Source of the DNA: a virus
Lineage: Duplodnaviria > Caudoviricetes
Virus record (IMG/VR): IMGVR_UViG_3300037458_000301
Span: 1 to 37,092 of that record
DNA length: 37,092 nt
Direction: 5' to 3' (one strand)
The notes below the pieces were generated by a model, which saw only the letters and a program-made list of their open reading frames with translations, searched no databases and was not told the DNA's origin. A program made the position numbers and the translations under genes. This document shows, in pieces, positions 34,201 through 37,092 of this stretch. Each line of letters starts with the position of its first letter. Positions within the stretch are counted from its first letter, which is position 1.

Positions 34201-35419
34201 AGGTCGATTGAACAACCGTTGCGGTGAATGTCGGGTTTGCCGTGTTTACCGTCGATGCCGCCACCACACTATCCACAGTGCGACGCACCACTACAGTGGA
34301 GTTTGTTCGCAGATTGGTGTAATCGTCCGAATAACGAAACTCGATAGGAACCGTACCGCCAGCAAAACGCAGAATGGTCACAGCAGGGGTAATCACGTTG
34401 GTGAACGTGTACGAGCCGTTGTTAATGTCGTCAATGAAAGCGCCTGAACCCGTGTCGCTAACAATGGTGCGGCTGTTGGCAGAAGCGCCGAAGCTAACCG
34501 CGCTTGATGCTCGGAAAATGCCCAAAGGCGTACCAGCGCCAAACTGGGGGAAGCTCAAGAACGAGCCTTGGAACGCGCCGTTACCCCAGACGATTAAGTT
34601 GGCGTTGGTGTAGTCGGCTTCATGGATGGTTTTGTAAAGCAGGTGACGTTCAGGGTTAGATGCCCAGTTGCCGCCGTTGCTCGGAGAGGCGCAAGCGTAA
34701 TAAATACGCGTCCCAAACATGGCAAACGAGCCGTTTGTAGCACCAGTAGTCTGAGCGCCAATGAAGAACGAACGGCGCATCGGCGAACCCAAAGCACCGC
34801 CGAAAAAGAACATATGGCCCGTAGTGCCGCCAGTGCCCCAAATGTTGAAAGCCGGGTCGCCACCAGGTGCGGGGTAAGCGTCATTAGGTCGCGCCGTACA
34901 TTCCCGTGACCAAATAAACGATTCTTTGCTTACCCCGTCATAAGCAAGCAGCTTGCCAAACACAGCCACACCGCCGTTAAAGCGGAAGCCGTTGGTCATT
35001 GTGAACTGTTTGTTTTCATCGTAGAAGCACAAAGAGACAGCATCGCCGCCCGTGCCCATTAGGATGTTGTCAGTGACCGTGACCACGTTGTTATCAGGGG
35101 ATGCAACAGCAAAACCCGTGGCGGCTGATTCGGCTGAGTTCTTTGAGACTAGAACCTGATCGCCCACTACCTGCGTGGCATATAGGCCCGTTACAGGGTC
35201 AACAAAGCGGTTTTCAAGTTGCAGGACAGTCGTGCTAGTGAACTGGCGAACCCATGCGATGCCCTTAAATGCGCCCGTGCTGCTATGCAGAGACACCATG
35301 CGCTGAGTAGCCCCAAAGTCGCCAGAAACGAAAGTGCCCGTTCCAATCGTTACGGTTGTAGTTCCTACCGCGCTAACTGAGCGAATGGCGTATTTGCCGC
35401 CAGTGATGGTTACGGGCAT
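31250..35419 (-). CDS. Giant (~1390 aa) beta-rich putative virion fibre/adhesin-like protein
   Basis: Thr/Gly/Ser/Ala-rich; internal degenerate repeats; GGAG RBS and TAATG overlap at 35419. Confidence 0.75.
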   Translation of the reverse strand: MPVTITGGKYAIRSVSAVGTTTVTIGTGTFVSGDFGATQRMVSLHSSTGAFKGIAWVRQFTSTTVLQLENRFVDPVTGLYATQVVGDQVLVSKNSAESAATGFAVASPDNNVVTVTDNILMGTGGDAVSLCFYDENKQFTMTNGFRFNGGVAVFGKLLAYDGVSKESFIWSRECTARPNDAYPAPGGDPAFNIWGTGGTTGHMFFFGGALGSPMRRSFFIGAQTTGATNGSFAMFGTRIYYACASPSNGGNWASNPERHLLYKTIHEADYTNANLIVWGNGAFQGSFLSFPQFGAGTPLGIFRASSAVSFGASANSRTIVSDTGSGAFIDDINNGSYTFTNVITPAVTILRFAGGTVPIEFRYSDDYTNLRTNSTVVVRRTVDSVVAASTVNTANPTFTATVVQSTYSGTANGTVSPTTFYTSFDYTVKCYGFQAISGNHSTYTYSLGTAGNGTDLKLGGLVNQVPDTTTTLTLAQALALSSKIAGNQGTDTATISGSSTLDEQYDYLVAWGSSTAALAQFPSLALYPIGASGTTSIQRMRLFVQSGATLSAGAKLRDMSGTKQVEITGAGSTATFDRGTITWAPSTYLSQWFVQLGGTLTLNNNSLFTINAQAALGYDTKTMFGANSTLNLNNSTMVFNAPTGATSYSGSVFSAFQANGSATMNITNGTWTFNGPTANSTYVVHTYWSASSVINGLNINGTAASAVALEMGATNQRLTGLRHAGQFNGSSNGTNKQFYVLNDSLTYTGSTAPLNTSTARLVKWIWLDPVRSDNGLFRWAAGTQGATGASGQFGVVFFRPSIKIEKTGYAPRMRLTPSALASRYASKVVQTTAESTVALNNFYTDSGFGASDGGLPFVDSLDDKTVINTIDWTLNFRQPGWLDQSIAFLASAARANTITYNASGAVDSNYVNASTAVADAALITINTTTKTIAPVSGTITWSPQRLYNALKQWWSTFASNTDFLAATANGVLNLGDYNTASGLRFGVPATGDALTEVRTTGLINAATNDISVTDANGSSTLWEFQSVAVGSSLVIYDASGVTKYFQQEVTSAGTYSYYIPSGVTGTYTWAIERYGFQRQSGTFAANTGGSLFYVPIYVEDVGLTVTDKSTVAAYTAIETASKFYDRTAFFRLSEQGIKLGQMVTRAGTALEIGNFSHVINKDAASVYSVTGSVITTKSTSYAGDSRYNTEIAVPPATITANSTEVITIAIEDANGNSSVQILGGDGNFQLWKVPTSTPTADYATGTLLATVGNVIYRFIGVTGFDIVGVDTNSNIRRRTSMAKGIYSQAFYVGEQIQLAQAPEVTEILTKVNILQVAVDDLPEDILASEVETGATVVESLRLHNSVLGGKVSGAGSSTETFRDLADTKDRLVSSVTETGNRTAEVYDLT

Positions 35420-35595
35420 TATTTCTCCAATTCCATACACTCTGCCGAAGCCAGAGAGAAGTTGTCATTCTGCAAAGACGCCAATTGTTCTTGCGTCCGC
35501 TTGAGTTCTATTTTAACGCCTTGGGCATCAATATGGAACGACACCGACGTAATTGAAGCCAGCATCGCTACCACCCAAGGTAAAACCTTACTCAT
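35419..35595 (-). CDS. 58-aa protein with N-terminal hydrophobic segment and coiled coil
   Basis: MSKVLPWVVAMLAS...; coupled to the giant gene. Confidence 0.6.
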   Translation of the reverse strand: MSKVLPWVVAMLASITSVSFHIDAQGVKIELKRTQEQLASLQNDNFSLASAECMELEK

Positions 35596-35716
35596 TGTCT
35601 TTCGGCTTCGGGGGTTTCTTACGCCCGTAATACCGCCCTTGTAATACTTTCCACACACCAAGGCCCACCACGAAGGGCAGGCCGTAAACAGCGAGGTCAG
35701 CTAATACAGCGGCCAT
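35588..35716 (-). CDS. 42-aa single-TM protein (not in ORF track)
   Basis: MAAVLADLAVYGLPFVVGLGVWK...KKPPKPKDNE; fills the gap. Confidence 0.55.
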   Translation of the reverse strand: MAAVLADLAVYGLPFVVGLGVWKVLQGRYYGRKKPPKPKDNE

Positions 35717-35718
35717 TG

Positions 35719-36015
35719 TCAGGACTCATTGAAGAACGACTTGCCAACCAGAGGAACGATCTCAAAGCCAACACCTTCGGCCACAATACGATAAGCGCCC
35801 TCGGCTGTTGCGTCCCAAGTCTGATACAGCTCCAAACCGCTCAAGGTGTAAACAGCTTCACCGCACCATTGGTTGTCGTCGTCCAAAAGCGTGTATTTGA
35901 ATTTGGCTTCTGAAAACAAATCATCAGAAATAGAAACGACATTGAAACGGGTTGCAATTGCTTGCTTACCATTGACATAGCATTTCTCGGGTTGAATTTG
36001 GACTGTTCGCATCAT
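35719..36015 (-). CDS. Hypothetical protein
   Basis: AAGGA RBS; ATGA overlap. Confidence 0.75.
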   Translation of the reverse strand: MMRTVQIQPEKCYVNGKQAIATRFNVVSISDDLFSEAKFKYTLLDDDNQWCGEAVYTLSGLELYQTWDATAEGAYRIVAEGVGFEIVPLVGKSFFNES

Positions 36016-36311
36016 TTATTCCTTTTTGGATATACAAAACTATAAAAGTATATCAAGACCATAATCCCGATATCTTTCGATAACCACATTGGCACGTATC
36101 GGTCAATTGGGTAATAACCAAAGTCCAAGTAATGCAAAGACCGCACCACCTGAACCACTAGGCCAAAGACCAGCAGCGCAAAGCCTACCTTCTGGAGAAT
36201 GTGCATCTCTTGGCCGCTAATGAATACGAATACAAAAGCAATTGCAATAAAGAAGAAAGATGCCACCATCGAAATGGTTAGCCACATTGCAACTTGAGCG
36301 TCGTTCATCAT
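36012..36311 (-). CDS. Membrane protein (3 TM)
   Basis: Three hydrophobic segments; coupled. Confidence 0.75.
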   Translation of the reverse strand: MMNDAQVAMWLTISMVASFFFIAIAFVFVFISGQEMHILQKVGFALLVFGLVVQVVRSLHYLDFGYYPIDRYVPMWLSKDIGIMVLIYFYSFVYPKRNK

Positions 36312-36676
36312 TTGCCCTTAATTGTGTCTTTCACCTCTTTAGCCACTTCAACAATGTCTTTATTGTCCATGCGGTCAAAGAACTTCACGAAAGCCTTGAT
36401 TACCGTAAACGAAACCAATCCAATTGCGCCGCCAATTGCCATGCTTGTATTGACATCATTGGGATTCATGCCCATGTAAACCGCTAAAGCACCGCCAAAG
36501 ATGATGGATATGCCCACCGCACTACCGCCCACGATACAAGCCGTTGCCGCACGGCCATAACCATCAAGGGCAGGGGTTTTGCGAAGGAATAGAACCAGCA
36601 ACGACATAAACAAAGCACTCAAGCCATAGTTTAACTTTGCAATGATGAAAGAGATAGTCGTTGATAGCGGTTCCAT
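36308..36676 (-). CDS. Holin-like membrane protein (about 3 TM, charged C-tail)
   Basis: Hydrophobic segments with Lys/Asp-rich tail; AAGGA RBS. Confidence 0.7.
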   Translation of the reverse strand: MEPLSTTISFIIAKLNYGLSALFMSLLVLFLRKTPALDGYGRAATACIVGGSAVGISIIFGGALAVYMGMNPNDVNTSMAIGGAIGLVSFTVIKAFVKFFDRMDNKDIVEVAKEVKDTIKGK

Positions 36677-37092
36677 GTTTTTCCTTTAAGAAAGTAGTTA
36701 CAAAGTATTACTTTCCCAATTTTACTCACTTACCTCGACGGCCCCAATAGCACGCCCAGTAATAGGGTCACGTTCCAACACTCGGCGTTTAGGTCGTTTC
36801 ATTTCGTCCACAGCACCAACCAGAACGGCGGCGACTTGACCCAGATTCGAGACAGCTTCGGCAATACCCGCACCCTGTTGAACAGCGGCCTGAGTGATTG
36901 TGTCGGCGATGTTGTCCAGCTTGCCGTTTGAGTCCACGGTGAACTGATTAACGGGCTTGGATTGCGCTTCGGTCTGCATCCGTGCGATTTCCAGCTTTGT
37001 CTCGGATTCGATCTGTGCGCGATAGGCGGCGCGTTGGGTTTCGGCCTCTTGGCGCATCTGTTCCAACTGGATAGCCTGTTGAGCGCGGAATT
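36322..37092 (+). repeat. Terminal direct repeat, copy 2
   Basis: About 93% identical to 1-771. Confidence 0.97.
36722..37092 (-). CDS. 3' end of the portal gene (second allele, truncated by the window edge)
   Basis: Matches the C-terminus of 401..2587 with 4 aa differences. Confidence 0.9.
   Translation of the reverse strand, partial: FRAQQAIQLEQMRQEAETQRAAYRAQIESETKLEIARMQTEAQSKPVNQFTVDSNGKLDNIADTITQAAVQQGAGIAEAVSNLGQVAAVLVGAVDEMKRPKRRVLERDPITGRAIGAVEVSE

Larger units (their letters stand above)
1..37092. mobile_element. Complete podovirus-like tailed phage genome (36,321-bp circular unit plus 771-bp terminal overlap)
   Basis: Terminase, portal, scaffold, capsid, adaptor, tail, ejection, lysis, replication and recombination genes are all present; the ends overlap; no host genes; no tape measure or sheath. 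Confidence 0.95.

Noticed and set aside
1-37092. Alternative genetic code or stop-codon reassignment
   Set aside because: Genes tile densely under the standard code with normal TAA/TGA stops and ATGA overlaps; the UGA in the tRNA-like unit is an anticodon reading UCA (Ser), not a suppressor

Overview
The window is an apparently complete, circularly permuted genome of a short-tailed (podovirus-like) dsDNA phage. Unit length is 36,321 bp: positions 1-771 recur at 36322-37092, but as a diverged copy with about 51 mismatches by my manual count. The layout is lambdoid/P22-like around a divergent control region near 10.3 kb. The leftward arm carries a Cro-like HTH, a DUF1376 replication initiator, a DnaB-like helicase, NinB, NinG, DUF3310, the terminases and the portal. 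It continues across the circle junction through a membrane-gene/giant-protein insert, scaffold, major capsid, adaptor, tail, three ejection proteins, tail fibre, holin and an M15 endolysin. The rightward early arm carries ERF, a MazG-like protein, an HNH, an SSB-like protein and many small ORFs. I recognise no integrase, CI repressor, Q antiterminator, DNA polymerase or CRISPR. The most interesting signals are non-coding: (i) two different HNH endonuclease genes, each preceded by a C4-like RNA whose loop covaries with two downstream target sites next to the start codon; (ii) a promoter-driven ~270-nt cluster of tRNA-sized structures, including a T-armless tRNA-Ser(UGA)-like unit ending in CCA; (iii) a kissing-loop hairpin pair with a terminator upstream of the replication genes; (iv) a four-copy operator/promoter/RBS module. 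A candidate ADP-ribosyltransferase-like gene sits in the virion module. All protein calls come from motif recognition and synteny, not database searches. A betaproteobacterial host is only a guess.
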